NCBI GenBank assembly: GCA_041690295.1
Contig: JAWLHR010000002.1
Location: 128,001-192,000, forward strand
Origin: Bdellovibrionales bacterium
GTDB taxonomy: Bacteria > Bdellovibrionota > Bdellovibrionia > Bdellovibrionales > UBA1609
Direction: 5' to 3'
Length of the DNA stretch: 64,000 bases
Shown here piece after piece: positions 19,120-29,896 of the stretch. A program made the position numbers and the translations under genes. Below the pieces are notes generated by a model. The model saw only the letters and a program-made list of their open reading frames with translations, was not told the DNA's origin and searched no databases. Numbering within the stretch: the first letter of the stretch is position 1; each line of letters begins with the position of its first letter.

Positions 19120-20607
19120 ATGAAGAAGGCGGCCCTTCAAGTTGAACATAGGATCAAGAACCGGTTCGTCGGTTCCTGCCTGCTCTCCGCGGAGAGCGGA
19201 CTGACGACGATTGGTTCTGCGCAGACCGCGAAGATCCGCGTGCTGGGCGAGGAGATCGCCGGACTCCACGCCGCCCTTGAATTTCACGAGGGCGAATGGC
19301 ACATCTGCGACTTGGGGAGCAAGACCGGGACCTGGATAAACAAACAATCGATTATCGAGGAAAAAATATCCGAACCGACCACCATTCAGGTGGGTGCTCA
19401 CGTATTGAAAGTGACGCCTCTGGAAATGGAGCGGAATCTTTTTGAAAAGAACGACGAAGTTAAATCCGCGCAGGGCCCGGTTTACCATCAAGTGGTGGTG
19501 CTGAAGAACGGTGTCCTGATCGAGTCTTCGCTGCTTCCGCAAACCGAAAACTTCGAATTCAACGGCCAGGTTTATCCGGCGCCGAAAGACCACGATTGGG
19601 TGGTGACCGAAGCGGCACCGTTCGTTTTGAAACAACGGCTGGTGAACGCGGAAGTCCTTCCCGAGACGCGCTTCAAAGAAACCATCGGTGAAGGATGGAA
19701 TCGTCCGGCGCCGCTGATTGCCTTGGGCTTGTTCGTGATCGTCATGCTGGCTTTCATGCTCGCGCCCCATAAGCCCGACGACGAGCTGAAGACGCTTAAA
19801 CCTACCATGCAGAACCAATACACGCGCATGATTTTCGACGGCAAAAAACTGCGCGAGAAAAAAGTGGCGGCCGAGAAAATGCGTAAATCTCTGCAAGGTC
19901 AGACCCGCCAGGGCGTTCCCAAACCCACGCCGGGTGGTGACGCCGGGGCGAAGCTCGCCGGCGGAAAAGGAAAACCAGCTCCCAAAGTCGTAACTAACAT
20001 TCGCGCCGCGGGCCTTGGAGCCTTGATCGGTAAAGTGGCCGCGCGCGCCAGCAAGAACGCGCAGCTGGTCCAAGCCGCGGGTCTTGCCGCGGACAACGCC
20101 CGCTCCGGTCGCGCGTTGGCGCTGGGCGGAGGTTCTTCTTTGGATAAGCTCGGTGGCGGCACGTCCGGTGGTGACACCAAGAAAATCGGTGGTCTGGGAA
20201 CGGCCGGTAAAGGCGGCGGTACGACCGGTTATAAGGGCACGGGCAGTTTGAGTTTAGGTAACACGGGAAGCGCGGAAGTCGGTATTCTTGACGAGGAAAC
20301 GGAAGTGGCCGGCGGTCTGGATAAAGAAGTGATCGCCCGCGTGATCAAATCCCAATTGGGTCAGATCCGCTATTGTTATGAGCGCCAACTGAGCGCGAAC
20401 CCGGATTTGTACGGAAAGATTTTAGTTAAATTTACGATTGGTGCGACGGGAAGTGTGGTCGCCCAATCGATAGGCACAACGTCATTAAATAACGCCATGG
20501 TTGAAGGATGTATTCTGAGGCGTATCGCGGGATGGAAGTTCCCCACTCCGAAAGGTGGAACGAACGTCCTGGTGACTTACCCGTTCTTGTTTAAGAGCAA
20601 CCGGTAA
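19120..20607 (+). CDS. FHA-TM-Gly-rich-TonB_C protein, GltG/PglI-like
   Basis: FHA-like DLGSKTGTWIN, a TM helix, a G-rich linker and C-terminal IRYCYERQL...WKFPTPKGG..VTYPF. Confidence 0.85.
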   Translation: MKKAALQVEHRIKNRFVGSCLLSAESGLTTIGSAQTAKIRVLGEEIAGLHAALEFHEGEWHICDLGSKTGTWINKQSIIEEKISEPTTIQVGAHVLKVTPLEMERNLFEKNDEVKSAQGPVYHQVVVLKNGVLIESSLLPQTENFEFNGQVYPAPKDHDWVVTEAAPFVLKQRLVNAEVLPETRFKETIGEGWNRPAPLIALGLFVIVMLAFMLAPHKPDDELKTLKPTMQNQYTRMIFDGKKLREKKVAAEKMRKSLQGQTRQGVPKPTPGGDAGAKLAGGKGKPAPKVVTNIRAAGLGALIGKVAARASKNAQLVQAAGLAADNARSGRALALGGGSSLDKLGGGTSGGDTKKIGGLGTAGKGGGTTGYKGTGSLSLGNTGSAEVGILDEETEVAGGLDKEVIARVIKSQLGQIRYCYERQLSANPDLYGKILVKFTIGATGSVVAQSIGTTSLNNAMVEGCILRRIAGWKFPTPKGGTNVLVTYPFLFKSNR

Positions 20608-20653
20608 GTCGCACGATACGTAAAACCCACGGCAGATCCTAAAGGAGGGATCT

Positions 20654-21442
20654 ATGGGAACTCGGAATGCAACAATGATCGGCATCGCGGTTATTGCCTT
20701 CTTCGCCACTTTGCCCGCCGCCCATGCTCAAGCCAAAGGCGCGGCGGCCAAAAAAGGGGCCGCGGCCAAGCCGGCGGATGACGGCAAAGTCGATATTTCC
20801 GATCTCGAAAATAAATACTGGGCTCCGAAAGACACGGACTTTTCCGTGGTTCAAAATCGGACTTACGCGAAAGAGAAGAAATTCACCATCACGCCGCAAT
20901 GGGGAACATTGATTAACGATCCTTACAGCGACGGTACCATCTTCGGACTGACCGGCAACTATTTCTGGTCGGAGCGGATGGGCGTTCAGGTTTCCTATTA
21001 CAACGCTGACCTGCGAAATAACAACGCGGTTAAGGACCTTGCGGAATTGGCGACCACCACGGGCGCCCGTCCGGACCACGGTAAAATCACTGGCTACTAC
21101 GGCATTGGTTATAACTTCGTGCCGTTTTACGCCAAGATGAGCGTGATGAGTTCGAAGATCATTTACTTCGACATGGCCTTTACTCCCACGATCGGTATGA
21201 CCACTTATGATCAACAAATCGAGTCGGGGAATAAGTCCAAAACGGCGTTCACCTACGGGCTTGATGTGACCCAGTTTTTCTTTTTTTCCAAGTGGTTCGC
21301 CGTCAGGGCGGATTTGAGAAACCAATGGCGTTCAGAGGAAGTCGTTAAATACCGTGGAACTTCGATCGGCCGAAAGGTCAAAGACAAGTTCCAGCACGAC
21401 ACCATGTTCTTCATCGGCGCGACTTTCTATTTTGGAACTTAA
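20654..21442 (+). CDS. Outer-membrane beta-barrel, GltA/B/H-like
   Basis: Signal peptide, VVQNR...INDPY, PFYAKM...IYFD and an aromatic C-terminus. Confidence 0.8.
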   Translation: MGTRNATMIGIAVIAFFATLPAAHAQAKGAAAKKGAAAKPADDGKVDISDLENKYWAPKDTDFSVVQNRTYAKEKKFTITPQWGTLINDPYSDGTIFGLTGNYFWSERMGVQVSYYNADLRNNNAVKDLAELATTTGARPDHGKITGYYGIGYNFVPFYAKMSVMSSKIIYFDMAFTPTIGMTTYDQQIESGNKSKTAFTYGLDVTQFFFFSKWFAVRADLRNQWRSEEVVKYRGTSIGRKVKDKFQHDTMFFIGATFYFGT

Positions 21443-21469
21443 AGGTTTGGAACCAAAAGGAGCGGGGAC

Positions 21470-23896
21470 ATGAAAACTCGCATTTTAACCATACTGATTC
21501 TGGTGGCCGTGAGTCTCTCGGGCGCTCAAGCGCTCGCGGACGAACCCCAGGGTTTCGTCGCTCGGTTGAAACAAAAATGGACCGAAGTTTCAACCGAAGT
21601 GAAAGCGAAGGTGAAAGCCAAAGTCGACGAGTGGATCGATTATTGGCAAGGCGGTGATAAAACCAAAACCGCTCAGCAGCAGCAACAGCCACAGGCTCCC
21701 GGCCAGTGGACACCGCCGCCGGTGAAGATCACGGAAACCAATGAGCAGGCTCAGTTGCGCGCTCAACCGATTTATGAGGAAAAAGCGCCGAACAGCACCC
21801 TCGACGATGTGAAGCGGGTGCAACAGACGGTGAAGGATACGCCTGTTCTCTCGGTCGCGACACCCGCGGTGCCGGGCACGAGCAATCTGCCCAAAACCAA
21901 GGCGGGCGTGCCCAAGGCGGACTTCAAACAGTTTAAAGTGACGAAAAAAATTCCGCGTCTGGATATCGGAACCGAGCCCACGATTTCGGCGAAAGATTTC
22001 AACTACGGCCACTTGAACTGGAATCCACACACGGGCGCTGAGTTTCAACGCCTGCCGCCCGTGCCGGAAATCAAAAGCCAGGAATTGACAGCCGCTTTAA
22101 CCATGAAAGTGGCGCCGGCCAAAGATCCCAAGGAACCCCCGATCCAAAAACAGGTGATGAAAGCGGTGAACCAGGGAACCATCGACGCCATCACGTATAA
22201 CCTCGAAGTGGGTGAGGAAGCCAATCCCTTGCCCTACCAGGCGCTCACGCCTGACGAACTCAAGATGGTGGCGGCTTTGATCCTTTATGAAAAGGGCAAT
22301 AATTGCCCCGTGGTGATGGGTCATTTTCATGAGTTGGCGCAAAAAGCGAAGACCAAACTTGAGGCGACCTTTCACTTGGGCGCCTGCGCCCGCGAACTTA
22401 AAATGCACCAGGCGGCCTTTGATTACTTAAGCGAAGTCATCCGCGCCAACGACAGTGAATACTCAGCGGCCGCGTTGGAAATGCTCGCGCGGGATTTGCA
22501 GCCGATTTACGAGCGTGATTTTTATAATCTCGCTAAGTCCGTTCCCAATTTCAAATCGTTGATTGGTGAGAAATCCAGGGATCTGATCACTTATCGGATG
22601 GCCAAAGGGGCTTACCGCGCGAAAGATTACAAAACTTCGATTCTTTACGCGGATCAGGTTTCGGAAAAGTCGGATCTTCACGACGACGCCCGCGTTCTTT
22701 CGGCCATGAACAGTTTCGCCATGGGTGAAAAGTCAAAAGCCCTCAAGAAACTTGAGACCACCTGGGCTTCATTGCAGGCCCGAAAAGGCCCCACGAGCAA
22801 CATCAGAGCTCTGGTGGCCGTGAATCTGGCGCGGATGTATTTCTCGCAAAAGAAATATCCGAAAGCGCTGGAATCGTACATGCAAGTGCCCAAAGATCAC
22901 GCGCTCTGGGTTCAGGCTTTGATTGAACAAGGTTGGACTCAAATCGCGATCGAGGACTATCCGGGCGCCATCGGAAACATGTACTCACTGCATTCACCGT
23001 ACTTCAAAGCGGTCTATCAGCCCGAGTCTTTCGTGGTGCGCACGATCGGCTACCTGAACATCTGCCAATACGGTGACGCCTATAAGACTCTGACCTGGCT
23101 CGAGAAGGATTATCGCAAATGGTATGATCATCTTGACGCCTATTTGAAAACCAAGTCGCAAGGTCCTTTGGTTTACGAATCGGTTAAATCGTACATTCGC
23201 GGTAAAAGTACGGAGAGCGTGGATGGAGTTCCCTTCCAGCTCTGGCGTGAAATGGCTCGAGGTAAGGAGTTCCTGAACCTTCAATCCGCCATGAATGACA
23301 AACTGGATGAAGTGAGACGCTTTTCGGAAGCTCATGAACGGATGAACAAAGCCAAAGCCAGCCTCTTGAACCGCGTGGCCCAGGCGAACCGCCGGATGGC
23401 TGAACTTCGCGCCAAAATCGCGCAGGTGAAAGTGGATAAGACGCTCGCCAAGGAAGTTCCCGGATGGAGGAACAGCTTGAAACTGGAGCAGGATCTGGTG
23501 ACCGGTCTCCGGTATCAGGCCGCCATGATCGATGAGAATCGCAAGACGTTCAGCCGATTCGAACGCCAAAGCCGGAGCAAGATCGACGGCATGGTTTCAA
23601 GGCTTTCCAAGCAGGCGGGATCGGTGTTGCTCGCGCGCGCTAAAGAAATGCGGCAGGAAATGGCTCGCGTGCTCGAGAACAACGAGCTTCTTCGCTATGA
23701 GGTTTTCGCCGGCAGCGGTGAAAACATCCGTTATCAAGTGGCGGGCGGTGAAGCGGCGGGTTCCAATCGCGTTCCGGCCCACATCAAACCCACGAAGATG
23801 ATGAATTGGTCGTTCGACGGTGAGTTCTGGGAAGACGAAATTGGAAGTTATCGGTCATCGCTTCAGAACAACTGCCCCAAAACGGCAAAGCGATAA
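21470..23896 (+). CDS. TPR/coiled-coil protein, GltC-like
   Basis: WVQALIEQGW, LHSPYF, YLNICQY and C-terminal WSFDGEFWEDEIGSYRSSLQNNC. Confidence 0.8.
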   Translation: MKTRILTILILVAVSLSGAQALADEPQGFVARLKQKWTEVSTEVKAKVKAKVDEWIDYWQGGDKTKTAQQQQQPQAPGQWTPPPVKITETNEQAQLRAQPIYEEKAPNSTLDDVKRVQQTVKDTPVLSVATPAVPGTSNLPKTKAGVPKADFKQFKVTKKIPRLDIGTEPTISAKDFNYGHLNWNPHTGAEFQRLPPVPEIKSQELTAALTMKVAPAKDPKEPPIQKQVMKAVNQGTIDAITYNLEVGEEANPLPYQALTPDELKMVAALILYEKGNNCPVVMGHFHELAQKAKTKLEATFHLGACARELKMHQAAFDYLSEVIRANDSEYSAAALEMLARDLQPIYERDFYNLAKSVPNFKSLIGEKSRDLITYRMAKGAYRAKDYKTSILYADQVSEKSDLHDDARVLSAMNSFAMGEKSKALKKLETTWASLQARKGPTSNIRALVAVNLARMYFSQKKYPKALESYMQVPKDHALWVQALIEQGWTQIAIEDYPGAIGNMYSLHSPYFKAVYQPESFVVRTIGYLNICQYGDAYKTLTWLEKDYRKWYDHLDAYLKTKSQGPLVYESVKSYIRGKSTESVDGVPFQLWREMARGKEFLNLQSAMNDKLDEVRRFSEAHERMNKAKASLLNRVAQANRRMAELRAKIAQVKVDKTLAKEVPGWRNSLKLEQDLVTGLRYQAAMIDENRKTFSRFERQSRSKIDGMVSRLSKQAGSVLLARAKEMRQEMARVLENNELLRYEVFAGSGENIRYQVAGGEAAGSNRVPAHIKPTKMMNWSFDGEFWEDEIGSYRSSLQNNCPKTAKR

Positions 23897-23937
23897 TTTG
23901 GTGAAGAATTATGAATTTTAAAAAAGGGAGAATGCCC

Positions 23938-24576
23938 ATGTGTAAAAAAACAATAGCCGTAATGACAGGCTTCCTGCTGTTGAGCTTGTCGGCCGCGGCC
24001 AAAACCAATGTGAAAAGTTCGTTGGAACAGCTCAAGACCAACGAGGAGAATTCCAAGGCGAATCTGAAACAATATCAGACGAACGCCGAGATCTCCGATA
24101 AAAACGTCAAAGAGGTCGATAAGGCGATTAAAGAAATCAAAACCCAGAAAAAGAATCTGAACCAGAACGCTCAGAATCTGGAAAAGAATCGCCAGACGCT
24201 CGACAAAATGAAAGCCAAGCTGGAGGAGTATAAGAACGACGAAATGAAGCTCCTTCAAAAAGAAGAGGAGCAGATCAAACAACTTCGCAAAATGCTGACG
24301 ATTCTCGAAGAGAATAAAATAAAGCGTCAGGCCAATATCTCCGCTTACGATCAGAAGATCGCCGAGGTGGAGCAGGAAAAATCCGACTGGGATTCGCAAA
24401 AACAAGCTTTCGCGACCTTGCAAGCCGAGCTGGACAAAAAGGAAAAGGCCGCGACGGCTGAGCGCGCCCGCTGGATTGAAAAACGAAACGGCTACCGCAC
24501 TGAGGCCAACAAATGGGCCAAAGAGGCCAAACTCGCTGAACAAACGCGGATCCGCTTCGATAAGCTTAAAGATTAG
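23938..24576 (+). CDS. Secreted coiled-coil protein
   Basis: GGGAG RBS before ATG 23938, signal peptide, K/E/Q-rich heptads. Confidence 0.75.
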   Translation: MCKKTIAVMTGFLLLSLSAAAKTNVKSSLEQLKTNEENSKANLKQYQTNAEISDKNVKEVDKAIKEIKTQKKNLNQNAQNLEKNRQTLDKMKAKLEEYKNDEMKLLQKEEEQIKQLRKMLTILEENKIKRQANISAYDQKIAEVEQEKSDWDSQKQAFATLQAELDKKEKAATAERARWIEKRNGYRTEANKWAKEAKLAEQTRIRFDKLKD

Positions 24577-26368
24577 TTTTTTCGAGTTCCCGTTCGCGCG
24601 TGAGCGCGAACTGGGAGCGATAGAGGTCGTGGTATATCCCTTTTAGGGCGAGCAGTTCCTCATGCCGCCCTTTTTCCATGATACGCCCCTCACTCAGCAC
24701 CACAATCAAATCACAATGAAGAATGGTGGATAACCGGTGCGCGATGATGATGCTGGTTCGGTCTTTGGTCACGATTTCAGTGGCCTTTTGAATGGCTCGT
24801 TCGCTCACCGAATCGATATTCGCGGTGGCTTCATCCAGGATCAAAATGTCGGGGTCGAAAGCCAGGACCCGGGCAAAGGCGAGAAGCTGCCGTTCTCCCG
24901 AACTGAGATTGGCTCCGCGCTCCTGAATTAAACCTTCAAGTCCGCCATGCAATTTAAGTATTTCGTGGCATTGGGCCTGGTGAGCCGCCCAAAGGGCGCG
25001 ATCACGCGTGATGTTGGGATCAAAGAGAGCGATGTTGTTGAAAATGGTTCCACTGAACACGAATCCATCCTGCTGAACTACGCCCACTCGAGGTCTGAGC
25101 GAGCGTGGTGAGATTTCTTGCAATGGGACTCCATCAATCAGAATGCGGCCTTCTTCGACGTCATAAAATCGTTGCAGCAATGACACCATGGTGCTTTTAC
25201 CGCTTCCGGTTCTTCCGACGAGGGCCACGGACTGACCCGGTTCAATGGATAAATTGATCCCGCGCAATGCGTAGGGAGCGTTTTCGTGATACCGGAAATG
25301 AACGTCTTTGAACTCGATTCGTCCCGCGAGTCTCGGTTGCTCCAGCGAGCGGCCTTCGGTGTTTTCGGGAGCCTCATCCAAAAGATGAAAAACGCGATCG
25401 GCGCTCGCCAAGCTGTTTTGCAATTGGTTGTAGCGTTCAAGAATGGTTTTTAACGGTTTGAAAAAGCTTTGCAGCAAGAGCAAGTAGGCGACCAGCGAGC
25501 CCATCGATAGCCCGGCGTTCTTGTGCAGATAGGCGCCGACAAAAAGGGCCACGGCCAAAGTGAAAATATTGAAACCTTCGATCACCGGCCAGAGTGTGGC
25601 GAAGAGTTTAACCGTTGAGAGTTGCAAATCGCGATAATCCCGCGAAATTTTCTGGAAGAACTCGCGCGATTCATCAGTGCGATTAAAGAGCTGCAGGATT
25701 TTTATCCCGCCGAATGACTCCGCGCTAAAGGCGTTGATCATCGACAGTTTCCGTTTCGTGGCGCCGAATTGAAAGCGAATGCGACGGCTGATCTTCATGC
25801 AAATCCAAACCAGAGGCGGAAGAACCAACGTGGTGATGCCCGTCATCTGCCAGCTGATCAGAGTCAAGGCCACGAAAATGGAGATCATCTCCACCAAATT
25901 CACGAAAATGGCGGCGAATCCATGGGAGAAAAGCTCACCCAGAGCGAAGACATCATTCGTCACACGAGTGACAATGCGGCCTGCTGGATTTATTTCGAAG
26001 AAACGCACCGGCAGGCGTTGCGCATGGCTGATTAGCCGCTCGCGCATTTCAAAAAGAACTTGGTTGCCGAAGCACTGGATGTACCGGCTTTGCATGAAGG
26101 CGAGATAGGCGCGCACGGTTTCAAGCAGCAAATAAGCGATCGCCACCTGCCAGATCACCGACCACTCGTTTTGCTGAACTCCCTGGTCGATGGCGTAACC
26201 GAAGAGAAAGGGGAGAAGGCGCCCGACGCCCACGAAAGCGCCCACCAGCAACAGCGAATAAATGACCCGGGATTTATGCCGCCACAGATACGGCCAGATT
26301 TTTAAAAATAATTTTTTGAACGTAAGTTCGAGAGCGACATTGTCCTCGGTGAAAAAGTGATGGGTCAT
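24566..26368 (-). CDS. ABC exporter, fused permease/ATPase (heterodimer subunit)
   Basis: GRTGSGKS, LSSGERQ and ILILDEAT motifs; N-terminal TM domain. Confidence 0.95.
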   Translation of the reverse strand: MTHHFFTEDNVALELTFKKLFLKIWPYLWRHKSRVIYSLLLVGAFVGVGRLLPFLFGYAIDQGVQQNEWSVIWQVAIAYLLLETVRAYLAFMQSRYIQCFGNQVLFEMRERLISHAQRLPVRFFEINPAGRIVTRVTNDVFALGELFSHGFAAIFVNLVEMISIFVALTLISWQMTGITTLVLPPLVWICMKISRRIRFQFGATKRKLSMINAFSAESFGGIKILQLFNRTDESREFFQKISRDYRDLQLSTVKLFATLWPVIEGFNIFTLAVALFVGAYLHKNAGLSMGSLVAYLLLLQSFFKPLKTILERYNQLQNSLASADRVFHLLDEAPENTEGRSLEQPRLAGRIEFKDVHFRYHENAPYALRGINLSIEPGQSVALVGRTGSGKSTMVSLLQRFYDVEEGRILIDGVPLQEISPRSLRPRVGVVQQDGFVFSGTIFNNIALFDPNITRDRALWAAHQAQCHEILKLHGGLEGLIQERGANLSSGERQLLAFARVLAFDPDILILDEATANIDSVSERAIQKATEIVTKDRTSIIIAHRLSTILHCDLIVVLSEGRIMEKGRHEELLALKGIYHDLYRSQFALTRERELEKTNL

Positions 26369-28110
26369 CAGCCGTTCTCCCGGGTTTGCATGTCCTGCAG
26401 TATGCGGTAACTGGCGGATTCGCGGAGAAGAGTTTGGTGATTGCCCATCGACTCGATTCGCCCTTTGTTCAAAACCAGAATCTGATCGGCTTCGCGCACG
26501 CTGGCCAGCCGGTGCGAGACCACGATCGACGTGGTTTTCTTCAGCTCTCTTCGTAATCTATGAAGGATGGCTTCTTCCGTCTTGGCGTCGACGGCGCTCA
26601 AAGCGTCATCCAAAATCACCAAAGGATACTCACAGATAATGGCGCGGGCGAGGGTAAGGCGCTGTTTTTGTCCGCCCGAAAGATTCACACCGCGTTCCCC
26701 CACCAGCGCGTCGTAAGCGCCCGGCCAAGAATCGATTTCATGATTCATGTCCACGCTTTCGGCCGCCATACGAACGTCTTCCAGCTCCCACTGATTCAGC
26801 CCGAGAGCCACATTCTCACTGACCTTGCGGGAAAAGAGAAAGGCTTCCTGTGGAACCACGCCGATCAGACGGCGAAGCGATGAGGTTTTGATTTTCTCGA
26901 TGGGAACGCCGTTGATCAGAATGGAACCGCTCGGGACAGCGTATTGGCGCGTGAGCAATTCAATCAGGGTGGATTTTCCCGATCCGGTCATCCCCACGAT
27001 GCCCAGACATTGCCCCCGTTCCAGCCGGAATGAAATGTTTTTCAAAGCCGGCTGATTGGCATCGGGATAAGTGAACGAGAGATTTCGCACTTCCAAACTT
27101 TCAAGTTCGGAGATTTCGATTTCGCCTTCGTCCGGCACGTCGGGACGGGCTTCCAGAACGTCGCGAATCCGGCGAAAGGCCGCGTGGCCTTCTTGCATAT
27201 GGCTGAGCCCGATTCCGATCGCGGACATCGGCCAGATCATGCGCTGGATGTATTGGTAAAACGCGATGAATTGCCCGAGCGAAACTTCATTTGACATCAC
27301 CAAAGGTGTGCCAAGTAAAAGAAGGATCACGCTTCCCAGCGCCACCGGCAACTCCAGTGACGGACCGAATAGGGCATCCCAAAACGCCACCTTGTCGCAA
27401 GCGGCGCGAAAAGCGCCGGAGTGTTTATTGAATTGAACGGTTTGGTTGTGCTCTTGGGCGAAACTTTTGATCACCCGTATGCCCGAGATGATTTCTTGCG
27501 CAGAACCCGAGAAGTCCGCGAACCGTTCCTGCCGGGTGTGGTAGGCTCCATGGATCCGGTCGAGGATTTTTCGCACCATGAATGGCACGAAGGGCATCAG
27601 GATGAGCGTTTGCCAGGTCCACGTCGGCGAAATGTAAATCATCTGCGGCAACACCAGCAGGATAAGAAAAATTCCATCGAAGAGAATCAGATGTCCCGGT
27701 CCAATTCCCATGCGAAAGGAATTGACGTCGTTGGAAATCAACGAAATCAGTTGACCCACTTTGCGCGGCCGGAAAAACGACGGTCCGAGATCCATCATTT
27801 TATCGAAAAGCCGGTTGCGCAGATCATCGGCGGTGGAGTGATGAAAGGTCGCCCAGAACAGCCGCCACAAGAATCGGAAAATCGAAATGACAATGATCAC
27901 GCCGAAAATCCAGCCCACCATCTCGGCCACGTCGGTGAGCGGACGTCCTTCGGCGATGCGGTCGATGGTCAGGCCTGTCAGCATCGGCACGAGCGAATCC
28001 ATCAAATTGGTGAAGAATAGGCAGGTGAGTCCCAGGATCACGAGGCGCAAATGCCGCTTCATGTAGTACCCGTAGGGTCTCTCCAGTAGCTCCCTTGGAT
28101 TTTCCGGCAT
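26368..28110 (-). CDS. ABC exporter, fused permease/ATPase (heterodimer subunit, degenerate Walker B)
   Basis: GMTGSGKS, LSGGQKQ and VILDDALSAVD motifs. Confidence 0.95.
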   Translation of the reverse strand: MPENPRELLERPYGYYMKRHLRLVILGLTCLFFTNLMDSLVPMLTGLTIDRIAEGRPLTDVAEMVGWIFGVIIVISIFRFLWRLFWATFHHSTADDLRNRLFDKMMDLGPSFFRPRKVGQLISLISNDVNSFRMGIGPGHLILFDGIFLILLVLPQMIYISPTWTWQTLILMPFVPFMVRKILDRIHGAYHTRQERFADFSGSAQEIISGIRVIKSFAQEHNQTVQFNKHSGAFRAACDKVAFWDALFGPSLELPVALGSVILLLLGTPLVMSNEVSLGQFIAFYQYIQRMIWPMSAIGIGLSHMQEGHAAFRRIRDVLEARPDVPDEGEIEISELESLEVRNLSFTYPDANQPALKNISFRLERGQCLGIVGMTGSGKSTLIELLTRQYAVPSGSILINGVPIEKIKTSSLRRLIGVVPQEAFLFSRKVSENVALGLNQWELEDVRMAAESVDMNHEIDSWPGAYDALVGERGVNLSGGQKQRLTLARAIICEYPLVILDDALSAVDAKTEEAILHRLRRELKKTTSIVVSHRLASVREADQILVLNKGRIESMGNHQTLLRESASYRILQDMQTRENG

Positions 28111-28172
28111 TCCACTACACTAGGATGAGGACCGGGGAATTGCAATTCACACTGTCGTGCGATGATTTAGAC

Positions 28173-28199
28173 AAAAAAAGCCCGCCATCATGGCGGGCT
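28173..28199 (-). terminator. Intrinsic terminator of the S8 protease gene
   Basis: AGCCCGCCA-tca-TGGCGGGCT hairpin with an A7 tract (U-tract on the minus strand). Confidence 0.8.
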
Positions 28200-28229
28200 A
28201 AAAGATAACAACCGAGCTTTGGGAGAAGA

Positions 28230-29687
28230 CTAGTAACGAATCAAGCTTTGGACGTCCAATTGGCCGCCCGAAACTGTCTTACCGTTCAAAACGCTGGTCT
28301 TTTTAACGCTCATCAAGATGGCGTTTTTCACTTCCTGCCAAGTTTTGGTCGGATGCAAGCTCCAGTACAGAGCCGCGGCACCGGCCACATGGGGAGTCGC
28401 CATCGAAGTTCCATCCCAAGTGGCGGTGATCAATCCGGGAATGTCGATCACCGTGTCGGTGTACTTCACCGACTGAGTGACCGTGCTGAACACCTTCACG
28501 CCGGGAGCGCCAAGGTCCACCGATCGCGCGCCCCAGTTAGAAAAGCTGCCAAGCTGCCCGGCCTCGTTGATCGCGGCCACGCTGATGATGTTTTCATGCG
28601 GATAGCTCGCGGGATAAGCGGGTTTGGAGTCACGGTCATTGTCGTAGCCCACGCCTTGGTGTCCGTTACCGGCGGCGGCGATGAAGAGCACGCCTTTCGA
28701 CTGCGCATAAGAGATCGCGTCTTTGAGAGCGCCGGAGTCGGGGTCATTCGGATCTTCGCCTTCCGAACCCCAGGAGTTTGAAGTGACTAAAGCGCCGTTA
28801 TCAACAGCGTACTTAATGGCCTTGATCGCGTCGGCGGTCGTGCCCTGGCCTTTTTCACTGATGAACCGCAGAGCCATGATTTTCACGTTCGGTGCGACGC
28901 CGGCGATGCCTTTGCCGTTGTCGCCACGAGCGGCCACGTTACCCGCGCAGTGCGTGCCGTGACCGGGATTGCCGCCGCTGAAGAGCATTTCAAAGAGGTT
29001 GGCGGTGAGGTCATAAGGCTTGTTGTCGTTGGAAACAAAGTCCCAACCGACGATATCATCGACATAACCGTTATTATCGTCATCGATGCCGTTTCCGGGA
29101 ATTTCGCCGGGGTTACGCCACATATTGTCCACCAAGTCTTCGTGAGTGTAGTCGACTCCGGTGTCGATCACCGCGACCACCACTTCGGGGTTTCCTTTGG
29201 TGTAGTTCCATGCGTCCTTAACGCCCATTTGGTTCATACCCCATTGATTGCTGAACAAGGGGTCGGGGCCCGAGCCACCGCTACCGTTGCTGGGAATTTC
29301 CGGATTGTCCGGAGCGGGAGTTTCACCGAAGCCGGGGAATCCGCCGTCATCCATGATTTTGCTTAGAATCTCGGCGCGAACCTTCGGGTTCGAAAGCGCG
29401 GGATTATCGAACAGCCGGATCGTGTAGTTGGGCTGCACTTTTAAAACGCCCGGCATCTGCTTAATTCGCGCCTGGGTGAAATTCGCCGCCACGCTCGGGG
29501 GAAACTTGACGTGAGTCCAACCGTCCACGCCCAAGTTCTCCATCTGAACTCCGGCCGGCAGTTTGGCGGAAAACGCCACCGCAGCCGCTGGGCTGGACTT
29601 AAGTTTCACCAGGTAATCGCCGGGTTCGGCTTTGGCGAAGAGACTGCCTGAAAATAGGGCAGCCATAAGAACGGTAATGAATTTCAT
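28230..29687 (-). CDS. Secreted subtilisin-family (S8) serine protease
   Basis: VAVIDTG, HGTHCAG, AAAGN and GTSMATPHVAG motifs; signal peptide. Confidence 0.95.
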   Translation of the reverse strand: MKFITVLMAALFSGSLFAKAEPGDYLVKLKSSPAAAVAFSAKLPAGVQMENLGVDGWTHVKFPPSVAANFTQARIKQMPGVLKVQPNYTIRLFDNPALSNPKVRAEILSKIMDDGGFPGFGETPAPDNPEIPSNGSGGSGPDPLFSNQWGMNQMGVKDAWNYTKGNPEVVVAVIDTGVDYTHEDLVDNMWRNPGEIPGNGIDDDNNGYVDDIVGWDFVSNDNKPYDLTANLFEMLFSGGNPGHGTHCAGNVAARGDNGKGIAGVAPNVKIMALRFISEKGQGTTADAIKAIKYAVDNGALVTSNSWGSEGEDPNDPDSGALKDAISYAQSKGVLFIAAAGNGHQGVGYDNDRDSKPAYPASYPHENIISVAAINEAGQLGSFSNWGARSVDLGAPGVKVFSTVTQSVKYTDTVIDIPGLITATWDGTSMATPHVAGAAALYWSLHPTKTWQEVKNAILMSVKKTSVLNGKTVSGGQLDVQSLIRY

Positions 29688-29896
29688 AAAGGACCCCTCC
29701 TTGGTTGACGGGATTGCACAAAGCGTTACCCGCCCAGTTCACACTCCATAGGGAACTGTGAAGACAATTTTATTAGCCCATTGGCTGGTTTCAATTTGTA
29801 ACCGGAAAACTGGACCTTTTAGTGCTCGGCAGCATTGAAGCGCTCCTTATATTTTGCTAAGCACTTGATGAATGCTCATTGATAAAGGAGTTCCAG

